Shown piece by piece: positions 51,187 to 63,209 of a DNA stretch of 64,000 nucleotides. The position numbers and the translations under genes were made by a program. The stretch spans positions 32,001-96,000 of the forward strand of contig CAWBOC010000003.1 of NCBI GenBank assembly GCA_963790305.1, in the 5' to 3' direction. This stretch comes from an uncultured Gemmatimonadaceae bacterium (lineage in GTDB: Bacteria > Gemmatimonadota > Gemmatimonadetes > Gemmatimonadales > Gemmatimonadaceae). The notes beneath the pieces were generated by a model that was given only the letters and a program-made list of their open reading frames with translations, searched no databases and was not told the origin of the DNA. The first letter of the stretch is position 1, and every line of letters starts with the position of its first letter.

Positions 51187-52641
51187 TCACAGGGATTTGC
51201 GTTTCCATCGGCCAAGTCGCCAGAGCACCATCATGGCGATGCCGCGCGCGGTAGCAGTGAGGCAAATCACCCACCAGATCCCGTCGATCCCCCATTGAAA
51301 CGCCGCCCAGGCGGCCAGGGGGATGCGAATCGCGGTGAGTGCGGTCGAGGCGAGCATCGGGGGAAACGTGTGCCCCGCCCCGCCCAGCGCGCCCTCGAGG
51401 ACCAGCTCCGCCCCCACGAACGCCTGCGACAGCGCGCAGATACGAAGGTAGCCCGCGCTCACCGCGATCACCGCTGGATCGTCGGTGAAGAGGGATGCGA
51501 ACTCCTCGGCGAACACGATCTCGATGACCGCCGCCACCACGCCGACGACGCTCGCGAAGCCGGTCGTGATCCACCCCGTCCGCTCGGCTCGACCCACCTG
51601 GCCAGCGCCCAGGTTCTGGCCGACGATGGCGGCCGCGGCGGCGCCGAATCCAACGCCGACCATGTACGCCCAGCTCTCGACGCGGTGACCGATGCCTAAC
51701 GCGGCGAGCGCGGGCGTGCCGAACTGCGTCGTCGTCCGCGTCATCAGCACATAGATCAGGCTGAAAATCACGCCGGTGGCCGCGGTGGGCAGCCCGATGC
51801 GCGCGATGAGCGGAATGGCGCGCTCGGTCGGCCCCACGAGGCGGATCATCGAGCGCCGCACGAGAAGTGCGAGCCCCAACACGAAGGCCGATCCCCGAGT
51901 GAGGATCGTCGCGATCGCGGCGCCGGCGATGCCAAGCTCGGGCGCCGGTCCCAATCCCAGGATGAGAACCGGGTCGAGCACGAGCGCCGCGACGACCGAC
52001 ACGCTGAGTAGCAGGAAGGGGGTTCGCGTGTCACCAGCCGCACGAAACGCGGCGTCGATGGCAAAGTACCCGAAGATCAGCGGACACCCGGCCAGATAGG
52101 CGGTGAGGTAGCGCCTGCCTAACGCGGTCACCTCGGGCGGGGTGTGCATCACCGCGAAGAGCCAGTCCAGCAGCAGCAGCCCCCCGAGAGCGACGGCCAC
52201 GCCAAGCCCGAGCGCGAAGACGAGCGCGGCGCCAACGGCGCGGGCAGCTTCCCTGGGTCGCCGTTGGCCGTGCCGGCGTGATGCAACGGCCGTCAGACCC
52301 ACCGCCACCATTTCGGCCAGCGCGATCAGCATCCAGATCCAGAAGACGGACGTGGAGACTGCCGCCAGGCCGGTGGGACCGAGGCGCGTCCCCACCCAGA
52401 ACGCATCGACACTCGTGAAGAGCGTCATGAGAAGCGCCGACGCCACCGACGGAAGCGCGATGCGGACAATCGTACCGGCTAACGGCCGGTGAACCAGCGA
52501 CGCCTGTGCGAGGTATTCCCCGGTGACGCCGATCGCCGGGACGCCTTCATGGGCATCCAACGGCAACGCGGCCGCCGGCATGTCTTCGCCAGGCGGCCGC
52601 GTATGGTCTGCTTCGTGGTCCAGCTGACTGCGGGCACTCAC
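51187..52641 (-). CDS. MATE family efflux transporter
   Basis: GDTRTP...LDPVLILG...PELGIAGAAIAT, VGQNLGA; about 12 hydrophobic segments. Confidence 0.92.
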   Translation of the reverse strand: MSARSQLDHEADHTRPPGEDMPAAALPLDAHEGVPAIGVTGEYLAQASLVHRPLAGTIVRIALPSVASALLMTLFTSVDAFWVGTRLGPTGLAAVSTSVFWIWMLIALAEMVAVGLTAVASRRHGQRRPREAARAVGAALVFALGLGVAVALGGLLLLDWLFAVMHTPPEVTALGRRYLTAYLAGCPLIFGYFAIDAAFRAAGDTRTPFLLLSVSVVAALVLDPVLILGLGPAPELGIAGAAIATILTRGSAFVLGLALLVRRSMIRLVGPTERAIPLIARIGLPTAATGVIFSLIYVLMTRTTTQFGTPALAALGIGHRVESWAYMVGVGFGAAAAAIVGQNLGAGQVGRAERTGWITTGFASVVGVVAAVIEIVFAEEFASLFTDDPAVIAVSAGYLRICALSQAFVGAELVLEGALGGAGHTFPPMLASTALTAIRIPLAAWAAFQWGIDGIWWVICLTATARGIAMMVLWRLGRWKRKSL

Positions 52642-53777
52642 GTCCCGACCGCCGCTCCTTGGCCGTCGAGCACCTGGCGAAGTTGTCTGGCGGTGGCGGC
52701 CAGCGCACGGGCGGCAGTCGAGTCCGCTTCCGAAACGACAATCGGTCGCCCTGTGTCACCACCCTCGAGCACGCGCTGATACAGGGGAATCTCCCCGAGC
52801 AGCGGCACACCGAGCTCCTGGGCGAGTCGCGCTCCCCCGCCCGACCCGAAGAGCGGGCTTGGCTTTCCGCAGTGTGTGCACTCGAAATAGCTCATGTTCT
52901 CGACGACGCCGAGCACGGGGACTCCGACGCGCTCGAACATTTTCGCGCCGCGGAGCGCATCGCCGATCGCGACCTCCTGCGGTGTCGTCACGATGACCGC
53001 GCCGTGCACCTGGGTCGCCTGCACGAGCGAGAGTTGAGCGTCCCCGGTACCCGGCGGCATGTCGACCAGGAAGTAGTCGAGCTTCCCCCACACGACATCG
53101 CGGAGAAATTGCGTGATCACCTTCATGATGATCGGCCCGCGCCAGATGGCGGGGGCATCCCGTGCCACCATGAAGCCGATGCTCATCAGCTTCACCCCAT
53201 GCGCCTCGAGCGGAATGATGCGCTCGTTCTCGACCGGGGGCGGCTCATCGATGCCCATCATGCGCGGCACGTTGGGCCCGTAAATGTCGGCATCCATCAG
53301 TCCCACGCGCGCCCCGGAGCGAGCGAGCGACACCGCCACGTTCGTGGCCACCGTCGACTTGCCGACGCCACCCTTGCCGCTCGAGATGGCGATGATGCGG
53401 CCCAGGTTTGGATAGGTGACCGGCGCGGGCGGCGCGGGCCTCTGCGGGCCGGGCGCGGCTCGAGGCGGCTCCATCACCGGCAGCGCACGCGGGTTCGGCG
53501 CTGGCGCAGTTGGCGCTTGCGGCGCGGAACGCTGTACCTGCGAAGGATCCTTCACATCGACGCGCACTTCCGTGACGCCCTCGACGCGCTCAACGGTCTG
53601 GCGCACATCGCGCACGAGCGACGCGGGATCCTGTGCGCTGAGCAGGAAGGTGAGGCGAACCTTTCCATCGTCGGTGAGCGCGAGGTCACGTATCATCGCC
53701 CCCTCGATGACGGTCTGACGCGTTCGCGGATTGGTAACGCCGCCTAACGCCTCGACAATGCGCCCACGCAGCGTCAT
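52638..53777 (-). CDS. mrp: Mrp/NBP35 (ApbC) Fe-S carrier ATPase
   Basis: SGKGGVGKST, DADIYGP, WRGP, DMPPGTGD, ENMS...CTHC. Confidence 0.95.
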   Translation of the reverse strand: MTLRGRIVEALGGVTNPRTRQTVIEGAMIRDLALTDDGKVRLTFLLSAQDPASLVRDVRQTVERVEGVTEVRVDVKDPSQVQRSAPQAPTAPAPNPRALPVMEPPRAAPGPQRPAPPAPVTYPNLGRIIAISSGKGGVGKSTVATNVAVSLARSGARVGLMDADIYGPNVPRMMGIDEPPPVENERIIPLEAHGVKLMSIGFMVARDAPAIWRGPIIMKVITQFLRDVVWGKLDYFLVDMPPGTGDAQLSLVQATQVHGAVIVTTPQEVAIGDALRGAKMFERVGVPVLGVVENMSYFECTHCGKPSPLFGSGGGARLAQELGVPLLGEIPLYQRVLEGGDTGRPIVVSEADSTAARALAATARQLRQVLDGQGAAVGT

Positions 53778-54046
53778 GGGGTATCCGTCGCCAGCGCGCG
53801 GACCTCGCGCACCTCCGGCACACGCAGGCGCAGCTGCGCCTCGATGCCGGCGCGCAGGGCGGTCACCGACATCTCGCAGTCGGGGCAATCCCCATGGAGG
53901 CGCAGGACGGCGACGCCGGTGGCTTTCTCGAAGGTCACCAGCTCGAGCACGGCCTGATCGAGGCGCAGCATGATCGCCACCTGCGTGAGCGCGTCGCCGA
54001 TGCGATCCTCGACCGTTTGGCGAGAGTGACGAAGAGGACGGGCCAT
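53774..54046 (-). CDS. NifU/NfuA C-terminal domain protein
   Basis: LRLHGDCPDC...LRAGIEAQL...VPEVREV. Confidence 0.8.
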   Translation of the reverse strand: MARPLRHSRQTVEDRIGDALTQVAIMLRLDQAVLELVTFEKATGVAVLRLHGDCPDCEMSVTALRAGIEAQLRLRVPEVREVRALATDTP

Positions 54047-54059
54047 ACGAGAAAGCTAC

Positions 54060-55115
54060 CTAGCGGGCAGACAGCGGGCCAAGAGCGTCCGGATTGGCTG
54101 CCAGGTATTCGCGGGCTTCCCCGACCACCCGAGTCCGAACCGTGTCGAGGGACCCGGGGATGAGCGCGCCACTCGCCTTCGCGTGACCGCCTCCACCAAA
54201 GCGCTTCGCGAAGCGGTTGACGTCGACCGCCCCCGCGCTCCGGAACGACACCTTCACCTGACCGTGGCCGAGGTCGCGGAAGAAGATCGCCATGCGAGTC
54301 CCCGCGATGGACCGCGGATGCTCGGCGATCCCATCGAGCTCCTCCGAGCGCAGCGCATACTTCTCCATCACACCCGCGGGCAGCGAGATCCAGGAGAGGC
54401 CGATCGACTCATCCACTTCGAGCGTGTGAAGCGCGTCGCGCAGGAGATGCAGCCGCCCGACGGGCACCGACGCGTAGATGCGACGATACATCTCCTCTGG
54501 ATCGACGCCTCGTGACAGCAGCTCGCCGGCGATGGCGTGGCACCGCGGCGACGTGTTACTGAAGCGGAAGCCGCCGGTGTCGGTGAGCAATGCGGTGTAG
54601 AGCGCCCGCGCGATTTCAGGAGTGATCTCGAGGTCGAGTACCTGCGCGAGATCATAGACGAGCTCCCCCGTCGCGCACGCTGCGGTGTCTGCCAGCACGA
54701 TGTCTCCGGGCGGCTCTTCGCCTGGAACGTGATGATCGATGACGAGGCGCGGCCCCTTCATCGCGCGCACCGGCTCAGCGAGCGTGCCAAGGCGCCGGAC
54801 GTCGCTGATATCGACCACGATCAGGAGATCGGCGTTTCCGAGCGCGGCCGCGCCACGCTTGCTGTCCTCACGCACGCCGGCGAGCAGGAAGTCGAACATC
54901 ACCGGCCATGGCGTGGGATTGACGATGCGCGCGGTGAGTCCTCGCTGCGCGAGAAGGAGCGCGAGCGCCGCCTCCGAGCCGCACCCGTCACCGTCGGCAT
55001 TGACGTGCGTCGAGAGCACGACTGACGCTCCCTCGCGGAGCGCTGCGCCCATCCGCTCAATGATCTCGCGGCGCGCCGGGGGAATCGCGAGCAACGTCGA
55101 CGGCTGCAGCCACAC
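54060..55115 (-). CDS. DHH/DHHA1 phosphoesterase (NrnA-like); start uncertain
   Basis: HVNADGDG, VVD, IDHH, TDTGGF, SFRS, GGGGHAKASG. Confidence 0.92.
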   Translation of the reverse strand: MWLQPSTLLAIPPARREIIERMGAALREGASVVLSTHVNADGDGCGSEAALALLLAQRGLTARIVNPTPWPVMFDFLLAGVREDSKRGAAALGNADLLIVVDISDVRRLGTLAEPVRAMKGPRLVIDHHVPGEEPPGDIVLADTAACATGELVYDLAQVLDLEITPEIARALYTALLTDTGGFRFSNTSPRCHAIAGELLSRGVDPEEMYRRIYASVPVGRLHLLRDALHTLEVDESIGLSWISLPAGVMEKYALRSEELDGIAEHPRSIAGTRMAIFFRDLGHGQVKVSFRSAGAVDVNRFAKRFGGGGHAKASGALIPGSLDTVRTRVVGEAREYLAANPDALGPLSAR

Positions 55116-55190
55116 CTCCAGCAGGGGAGAAACGCAACGCGGCGCCCACGAGGGGCGCCGCGTCAAAGATAGCGAGTCCGACGAGGCGCG

Positions 55191-56654
55191 TCAGCGCGTC
55201 GGCGGGGCTCCCGCGAATCGCGACTTCCGAATGCTGTACGAGAAGTAAATGACGATGCCGATCGCCATCCAGATGAGCAGCCGCAGCCAGGTATCAAACG
55301 GCAGACTGAACATGAGATAGCCGCAAATCAGAATCCCCAAGATTGGCACCAGGGGGACCAGCGGCGTCTTGAAGGGACGGGGCAGCTCGGGTGACCTGAC
55401 CCGCAGAACCCAAATGCCAGCGCACACGATCACGAAGGCGAGGAGCGTTCCGATCGAAACGAGCTCGCCGAGGACGCCGATCGGGAACAGCCCCGCCACC
55501 ACGCCCGCGATCACGCCAGTGACGATCGTCGTGACGTACGGCGTCTGGAAACGCTTATGCACCTTTCCGAAGACCGCGGGGAGCAAGCCATCGCGCGCCA
55601 TGGAGTAGAAGATGCGCGGCTGGCCCATGAGCATGACGAGCACCACCGAAGCGAGACCCGCCATGGCGCCGATCGCGATGAGCTTGGTGAGCCACGACAG
55701 ACCCGGACCGGCGGCGGCGAGGGCGACGTAGACCGGATCGGGCACGTTGAGCTGCGCGTACGGTACCAGGCCCGTCATTACCAGCGACATCAGGATGTAG
55801 AGGACCGTACAGAACGCGAGCGATCCGAGGATGCCTATCGGCATGTCCCGCTGCGGGTTCTTGGCCTCCTGTGCCGCGGTCGACACGGCATCGAATCCTA
55901 TGTAGGCGAAGAAGATGACGCCGGCCCCGCGGACGATGCCGCTCCAGCCATACTGGCCGAACTCTCCAGTGTTATCCGGGATGAACGGGCTCCAGTTGTC
56001 CGGGTTGACGAACATGAACCCGAAGCCGATGACGAGGAAGATGATCGCGACCTTGATGGCCACCACGATGTTGTTGAACCCGGCCGATTCCTTCACGCCG
56101 ACGACCAGCAGGATCGTCAACACGGCGATGAGGAACATCGCCGGAATGTTCAGAACGGCCCCGGTGCGCGAGAGTCCCTCCGCCGCCGAATACGCGAACG
56201 GGGCCTGCGTCCACTCCATCGGCAGGTTCACGCCGATGCTGCGCATGAAGGAGACGAAATACCCCGACCATCCGACGGCGACCGTCGATGCACCGAACAG
56301 GTACTCGAGAACGAGATCCCAGCCAATGATCCAGGCGAAAAACTCGCCGAGCGTTGCATACGAATAGGTATACGCGCTTCCGGCGATGGGAATCATGCTC
56401 GCGAACTCGGCGTAGCACAGGCCGGCGAACAGGCAGCCCGTTCCGGCGAGAATGAACGAGAGCACGATCGCGGGGCCCGCGTAGTTGGCCGCCGCCGTCC
56501 CGGTGAGCACGAAGATGCCGGCGCCGATGATGGCGCCGATCCCCAGCAGTGTGAGGTTCGTGGCACTGAGCGCACGTCTGAGCGTCGTCTCGTGCGACTC
56601 ACCGCTCGCTTCAGCCTGGAGGAGGGCGATGCTCTTCTTCGACCATAGACCCAT
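55191..56654 (-). CDS. APC-family amino acid permease
   Basis: GIGAIIGAGIF, YAEFAS..P.AGSAYTY, FFAYIGFD, EAKNPQRDMP. Confidence 0.95.
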   Translation of the reverse strand: MGLWSKKSIALLQAEASGESHETTLRRALSATNLTLLGIGAIIGAGIFVLTGTAAANYAGPAIVLSFILAGTGCLFAGLCYAEFASMIPIAGSAYTYSYATLGEFFAWIIGWDLVLEYLFGASTVAVGWSGYFVSFMRSIGVNLPMEWTQAPFAYSAAEGLSRTGAVLNIPAMFLIAVLTILLVVGVKESAGFNNIVVAIKVAIIFLVIGFGFMFVNPDNWSPFIPDNTGEFGQYGWSGIVRGAGVIFFAYIGFDAVSTAAQEAKNPQRDMPIGILGSLAFCTVLYILMSLVMTGLVPYAQLNVPDPVYVALAAAGPGLSWLTKLIAIGAMAGLASVVLVMLMGQPRIFYSMARDGLLPAVFGKVHKRFQTPYVTTIVTGVIAGVVAGLFPIGVLGELVSIGTLLAFVIVCAGIWVLRVRSPELPRPFKTPLVPLVPILGILICGYLMFSLPFDTWLRLLIWMAIGIVIYFSYSIRKSRFAGAPPTR

Positions 56655-56760
56655 GGGTTTCTCCGCGGGGGACTCGGGCGGGGGAGTTACGTGGGAAGAC
56701 GCGGGGCAAAATCCCGTTCACCGACGGGTTTGTCAATAGAAGTACGTCTAGACGGCAGGT

Positions 56761-56892
56761 GGGAACGGAAAGACATCAGATAACAGAACACAGGATTCAG
56801 AATGCAGATGAGTGACGGGGAGCCATTCACTGGCTCCCCGTGGTCGTTTCTGAATTCTGAAACCTGTATTCTGTTATCTGACGTGTTTGCCT
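56761..56892. repeat. Palindromic intergenic element, family B copy 3
   Basis: GGGAACGG start, CAG-periodic arms, stem ACGGGGAGCCA (56815-56825)/TGGCTCCCCGT (56831-56841) followed by GGTCGTTTCTGA. Confidence 0.85.
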
Positions 56893-56904
56893 TGTAGTGA
56901 AATG

Positions 56905-58977
<2,073 letters not shown>

Positions 58978-58981
<4 letters not shown>

Positions 58982-59436
58982 TTCGATGCGCCTCCCGTGT
59001 CGGTGGACGTAGGCGGCTCGGTCGGTGCAGAGGGTTGCTGCCCCTCGCTGCCTCCCACTGGCGCCTGTCCCGAGGGCGGCCGCGCCGTTCCCCATTGGGC
59101 CGGACGCGAAGCCGCGTTGACCACATCCGATGCAACGGACTTGCCAGCCGCCGCCACCCCGGAGAGGACGCCCATCGCCCGGCTCATAATGCCCATCGTC
59201 TGGGCGATCGTGTCGGCCGAAAGACGGCCGGCGCGCATCGTGTCCTCGAGCCCCTCAGTGAAACGCTGAAACACGCTCGCCGCCGAGGGCTGCCGCTCGG
59301 CGTACCGGGATTCGAGGAATTCGACGTAATCGAGGACCTGGTAGAGACGGTCGTTGGAGAGCGTCTCGAGCTTTCGCATGATGCGGTCACGCAGGAAGGG
59401 GTGCGTGTCCGATCCTGCTCCTTCGTCGCTTGCCAT
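58978..59436 (-). CDS. Hypothetical protein (helical N-terminus, low-complexity tail)
   Basis: Tightly packed in the operon; LETLS...QVLDYVEFLESRY resembles small DUF2281-like helices. Confidence 0.7.
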
Positions 59437-59438
59437 CC

Positions 59439-60449
59439 TTACCCCCGCCAGCGTGCGCGCGTACCGCGTGTGTCGATATGAACGTACGGCTGACGATAAC
59501 GACCGCTCACGTAGAGCCCAAGGCCGCCGGCGAGATCGGGGTGCGACTGCTCGACCATCTCAACGGCGGCGGCGACGAGGTTCGCGTCTTCGCGCGTCAC
59601 CCGCCCATCGCCGTTTGCGTCGATGACGACGTCGGCGGCGTCACCAAACTGGTGCCGGCTGTCGCGCGCGGCGCGCGGGACGCGCCGGTTGTACCACGGG
59701 GTACGAAAGCCCGAGTTCACGGAGACCGCGAGCTGCACGGTCGAGGTGTCGGGCCGCCACGCAGAGAGCTGCTGGAACACCAGCTCCAGCTTGTCCAGCA
59801 GACGGCGGTCGAGCGCCGCGTACCGAGGCCACGTCGTCTGTCCGTCGGGGGCGACGAACGAGCCCAGCCGCAGGTGTCGCGTGAGCGGGAGATTCACCAG
59901 CTCGGGAAGCACCTGCACGAATCCGTCGGGGCGCGCCGCGGTCGCGCCGCGTCGCTCCGCGCGGAAGGTGCCAATGCGGTAGCCATCGAGAATGCCGCCT
60001 CGCTTCTCATCGAACGGCACCATCACCGCCAGCGTGAGTCCGCTGAGAATGCGCCGCTCCAATCCCCGCATGAGCGCGAGTCGGTAGAATCCCGGAACCG
60101 ACGGGGCCACCAGCGTGTCGCCATCCAGGCGGCGAATGGAGTCCACACCGACGGAGTCGGTAACGCGCACCCACGAGTACTCGAGCTCGGTGGGATCGCC
60201 TTGGACTTCGAGGGGGTACTCGACCCCGTCGTTAGGGAGCGCGAAGCGGACCTGCACCGCGCCGCTGAGACCGAATGCGCTCGCCGACGGCGTGGCGGGG
60301 GGAACCAGCGGAAGCAGCGGATTGCCGAACCGCGACTCCAGGAGCGTCTCGGGCGGTTCGTAGAATCGAAGGACGGCGAGCGCAGCCACGACGAACATCG
60401 CGGCCGTCATCCAGCGGGACCTGAGCGCCGCCAGCAACCGCGCCCTCAA
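59439..60449 (-). CDS. Peptidase M15 (DUF882/YcbK-like) zinc peptidase, membrane-anchored
   Basis: SGFRTP..N, SRHQFGDAAD, GGLGLY, HIDTRG; N-terminal hydrophobic segment. Confidence 0.85.
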   Translation of the reverse strand: MRARLLAALRSRWMTAAMFVVAALAVLRFYEPPETLLESRFGNPLLPLVPPATPSASAFGLSGAVQVRFALPNDGVEYPLEVQGDPTELEYSWVRVTDSVGVDSIRRLDGDTLVAPSVPGFYRLALMRGLERRILSGLTLAVMVPFDEKRGGILDGYRIGTFRAERRGATAARPDGFVQVLPELVNLPLTRHLRLGSFVAPDGQTTWPRYAALDRRLLDKLELVFQQLSAWRPDTSTVQLAVSVNSGFRTPWYNRRVPRAARDSRHQFGDAADVVIDANGDGRVTREDANLVAAAVEMVEQSHPDLAGGLGLYVSGRYRQPYVHIDTRGTRARWRG

Positions 60450-61393
60450 ATGCGACCCCAGCGCGCGCGGGTACCACGCGCGTCAATATGGGTGAACGGA
60501 CCGTGCGCCCGCGTTGCGGAATAGACGCCAGCACCACCGACCAGTCCGGGATACGCGGCTTCCACCCGGTCGACCGCGCCGAGCAGAATGCGCGCGTCCC
60601 GCGTGTCCACACGTCCGTCACGATTCAAGTCATCCATGCGCCCGTCCCGATTGTTATCGACGAACACATCGGCCGCATCGCCGTACTGGTGCCGACTCGC
60701 ATCCGCTCGGCCCTTCCCAACGCCTTTGACATTGTACTGCGGCGTTCTGAATCCCGACATGACGGAGAGATACCGAACGTCGTAGCCCCGTCCAACCAGG
60801 TCATCGATGACGAGCTCCAGCTTGTCGATGAGCTTCGTGTCCAGCACCAGGTACTTCGGCCAGACGTCGCGCTGGTCCTTGGTGAGAAAGTCGCGGAGCT
60901 TGAAGTGCTCGGAAACCTGGGTGTGCTGATTCTCGGGCGTGACTTCAATGAAGCCGTCGAGGCCCGCGTACGCCTCAGACCGAACCTTGCGTCGCTCGAA
61001 CGGCCAATATCCCATCCGGTAGCCGCCGACGCGCCCCTTCACTTTGTCCGAGAATGGGCGGAGCGTGATGAACGTGAAGAGAGACGATTCGGCGCTATCC
61101 CGCAAGACGTAAACGCCTGGCGCCCGAACGACCGTGTCCCCAATGAGCGCGCTGAGAATCGGAACGTCGAGGCGCGCCAGGTACGGGAGGAAGCGCGCCA
61201 TGAGCTTGCCGCTACGACCCCGCAGCGTGTCCGAGACCGCGAGCTCCGATGGCATGTGCGCGACCGCCGCCAGCGCTGAGTTGGCGCGAGCAGGAACGCG
61301 CTCACCCCCGGCGATGGCCGGGTGCGCGAACAATGCAAAAGCAATCGCGAGCGACCAGACGAGCGGTCGCGCGCGGAGTGGACCTGCGGACAC
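60446..61393 (-). CDS. Peptidase M15 zinc peptidase, exported paralogue
   Basis: SEHFKLRDF, SGFRTPQYN, SRHQYGDAAD, GGAGVY, HIDARG; signal peptide. Confidence 0.85.
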   Translation of the reverse strand: MSAGPLRARPLVWSLAIAFALFAHPAIAGGERVPARANSALAAVAHMPSELAVSDTLRGRSGKLMARFLPYLARLDVPILSALIGDTVVRAPGVYVLRDSAESSLFTFITLRPFSDKVKGRVGGYRMGYWPFERRKVRSEAYAGLDGFIEVTPENQHTQVSEHFKLRDFLTKDQRDVWPKYLVLDTKLIDKLELVIDDLVGRGYDVRYLSVMSGFRTPQYNVKGVGKGRADASRHQYGDAADVFVDNNRDGRMDDLNRDGRVDTRDARILLGAVDRVEAAYPGLVGGAGVYSATRAHGPFTHIDARGTRARWGRI

Positions 61394-61464
61394 TTAACCC
61401 CCTTCGGGAATCGACTTTGGCCGACGTCCTATATTACGGCAGGACTAGGGCTTCCCGCTACGAC

Positions 61465-61508
61465 CACGCGGTGAAAAGGCCGCGTGTGACTGACCGCACG
61501 GTCAGTCA
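61465..61508 (-). terminator. Tandem hairpins after the L,D-transpeptidase stop
   Basis: TGACTGACC-GCAC-GGTCAGTCA (61487-61508) and CACGCGG...CCGCGTG (61465-61486); no clear U-tract. Confidence 0.35.
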
Positions 61509-62363
61509 GTAGATGAAAACCGGCGTGCCCACCGGGACGATACTATACAGATAGGCGATGTCTTCGTTCCGCAGTCGGACACAGCCATGGCTCACCGCCT
61601 GGCCGATGGACGTTGGCTTGTCCGTGCCGTGCAGGGCATACCCATCGCCAAGCAAGAGGCGGTGGGAGCCAAGAACCCCGCGGAATTTGCGCTGGTTGGT
61701 ACCGAAAGGCGGGATCACGACGTTGCCGGCCGCGACGATTTCTCGCCCCTCTCCCGATTCGAGGGGGTAGGTGCGTCCATCGGCGTACTGCTTGACCACG
61801 TCGTTGCCGTCGACGGTGATGAACCCGCCATCCGGGGTCTCGAGCTGTTCCCCGCGCTTGAGCTGCTTGACCCCGAGGCCGCGCTTTTTCGCGTATTCGA
61901 TGAAGTGCCAGTCAGGCGGCACCCACACCGGATCGATCTCTTTCCCCTGGACGACGAGCTTTCCGCGGGGGGTCTCGAACTTCCACTCGTCTCGGCCCCC
62001 GTCCTTGACCAGGGTCTTGCCGCTGCCGGTAGCCACGCGGGTGGTGAAGATGGTCTCGTCCCCCTGCTTGTACCACAGCCGGCGCTCCTCGATGCTGACG
62101 ACGATGAAAGGCTGCTCGCCTGGAGGAGCTGGCGCGGCTTCGAGCGCGCGCTCGAGGGAGTCGCTGACCATCCCAAGCTGCTTGCGAATGTCGTCGAGGA
62201 CTTCCCAGTTGTCGTTGAACGCGATGCGGTTCACATCGCGCTCGTACCGCACCATGGCGGCGTGCTTCACGAGAAAGCCGCTCGTCCCGAGGACGAGCAG
62301 GAGCAGACCGGTGGCGGTCAGGGAGATACGGAGATCGTCGCGAAAGGCTTGGACCAAACTCAT
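61506..62363 (-). CDS. L,D-transpeptidase (YkuD family)
   Basis: IVVSIEERRL, VATG, TPRG, P.W.PP, YALHGT...SHGCVRL; N-terminal TM segment. Confidence 0.93.
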   Translation of the reverse strand: MSLVQAFRDDLRISLTATGLLLLVLGTSGFLVKHAAMVRYERDVNRIAFNDNWEVLDDIRKQLGMVSDSLERALEAAPAPPGEQPFIVVSIEERRLWYKQGDETIFTTRVATGSGKTLVKDGGRDEWKFETPRGKLVVQGKEIDPVWVPPDWHFIEYAKKRGLGVKQLKRGEQLETPDGGFITVDGNDVVKQYADGRTYPLESGEGREIVAAGNVVIPPFGTNQRKFRGVLGSHRLLLGDGYALHGTDKPTSIGQAVSHGCVRLRNEDIAYLYSIVPVGTPVFIY

Positions 62364-62393
62364 TTCAGATGGGCTCCCCGGGAGTACAGCCAG

Positions 62394-62420
62394 ATACTGT
62401 CCCTGGTAGAGGAAAGTTCC
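62394..62420 (-). promoter_or_regulatory. Candidate ECF-type promoter upstream of the L,D-transpeptidase
   Basis: Minus strand reads GGAACT-N17-GTAT. Confidence 0.35.
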
Positions 62421-62441
62421 TGCGACAACGTTCGGGTTGTC

Positions 62442-63134
62442 CTAGAAGAAATACACCTTCGTTCCACGCGCGAGATTCGGGATGACCGCGCGTAGATCGT
62501 CGGCGTTCGCCCGCACCGCGCCAGGCATCACGTACGTCGAGTCGTTGAGCGGGCCCGTGGTCGGCATCGAGTAGATCACCGTCCCACCCTCGAGGACGAT
62601 CGCCACCGGGCCCAGGCCACCCTTGACAGTTCGGTCGTTAGGCGGCGTCAGGCCGCGCTCCTCGTAGACCCAACGCGGCACTTCCCACCCGTCGGTGGCG
62701 GCGAGAAGGCGCAGGACCGACCGGGTGCCGCGCGGAATGGTCACCCGAACGGTGTCCGGGCCCATGCCCACCGTCTTTTCAGGACCGATCTCCACGCGCA
62801 TGTCGCGAAGAATCGCCCCTTCCCGCTCGAGGCCCATGTACGCGCTATCGACGGCGATGGCGAGATGTATCTCCTTGTCGACACGCGCCTGCCGGCGCAG
62901 GAGCTCGACCATCACCTGGAGCTGTTTCTCCTCCGACGCCAGCACGGCATCGGCGCGCCGCTTCTCGAACTCGCTCATGCCCGCGCGCAACCGTTGGATC
63001 TCGGCGCGGTATTTGTCGCGCTTGTAGATGAGGTATCCGTCGATGGCGAGCACGCCGAGCGCCACGATGATCATCGCGGCGAGGAAGCCGGGGTGCCGGC
63101 GCCAGAACTCACGGAAACGGGCGCGAAAGCTCAT
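62442..63134 (-). CDS. L,D-transpeptidase-like protein lacking the catalytic His/Cys
   Basis: Collinear with the neighbouring LDT (IPRG, WEVPRW, GGLG, GTKVYFF) but VIYS replaces ALHG and MPGAVR replaces SHGCVR. Confidence 0.75.
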   Translation of the reverse strand: MSFRARFREFWRRHPGFLAAMIIVALGVLAIDGYLIYKRDKYRAEIQRLRAGMSEFEKRRADAVLASEEKQLQVMVELLRRQARVDKEIHLAIAVDSAYMGLEREGAILRDMRVEIGPEKTVGMGPDTVRVTIPRGTRSVLRLLAATDGWEVPRWVYEERGLTPPNDRTVKGGLGPVAIVLEGGTVIYSMPTTGPLNDSTYVMPGAVRANADDLRAVIPNLARGTKVYFF

Positions 63135-63209
63135 AGCAGCGAAGGGAGTGAAACCGCCGGTCGCGAGGCATCGAATGACAGCGCCACCCGCGCGCTGACG
63201 TCGCACGCG

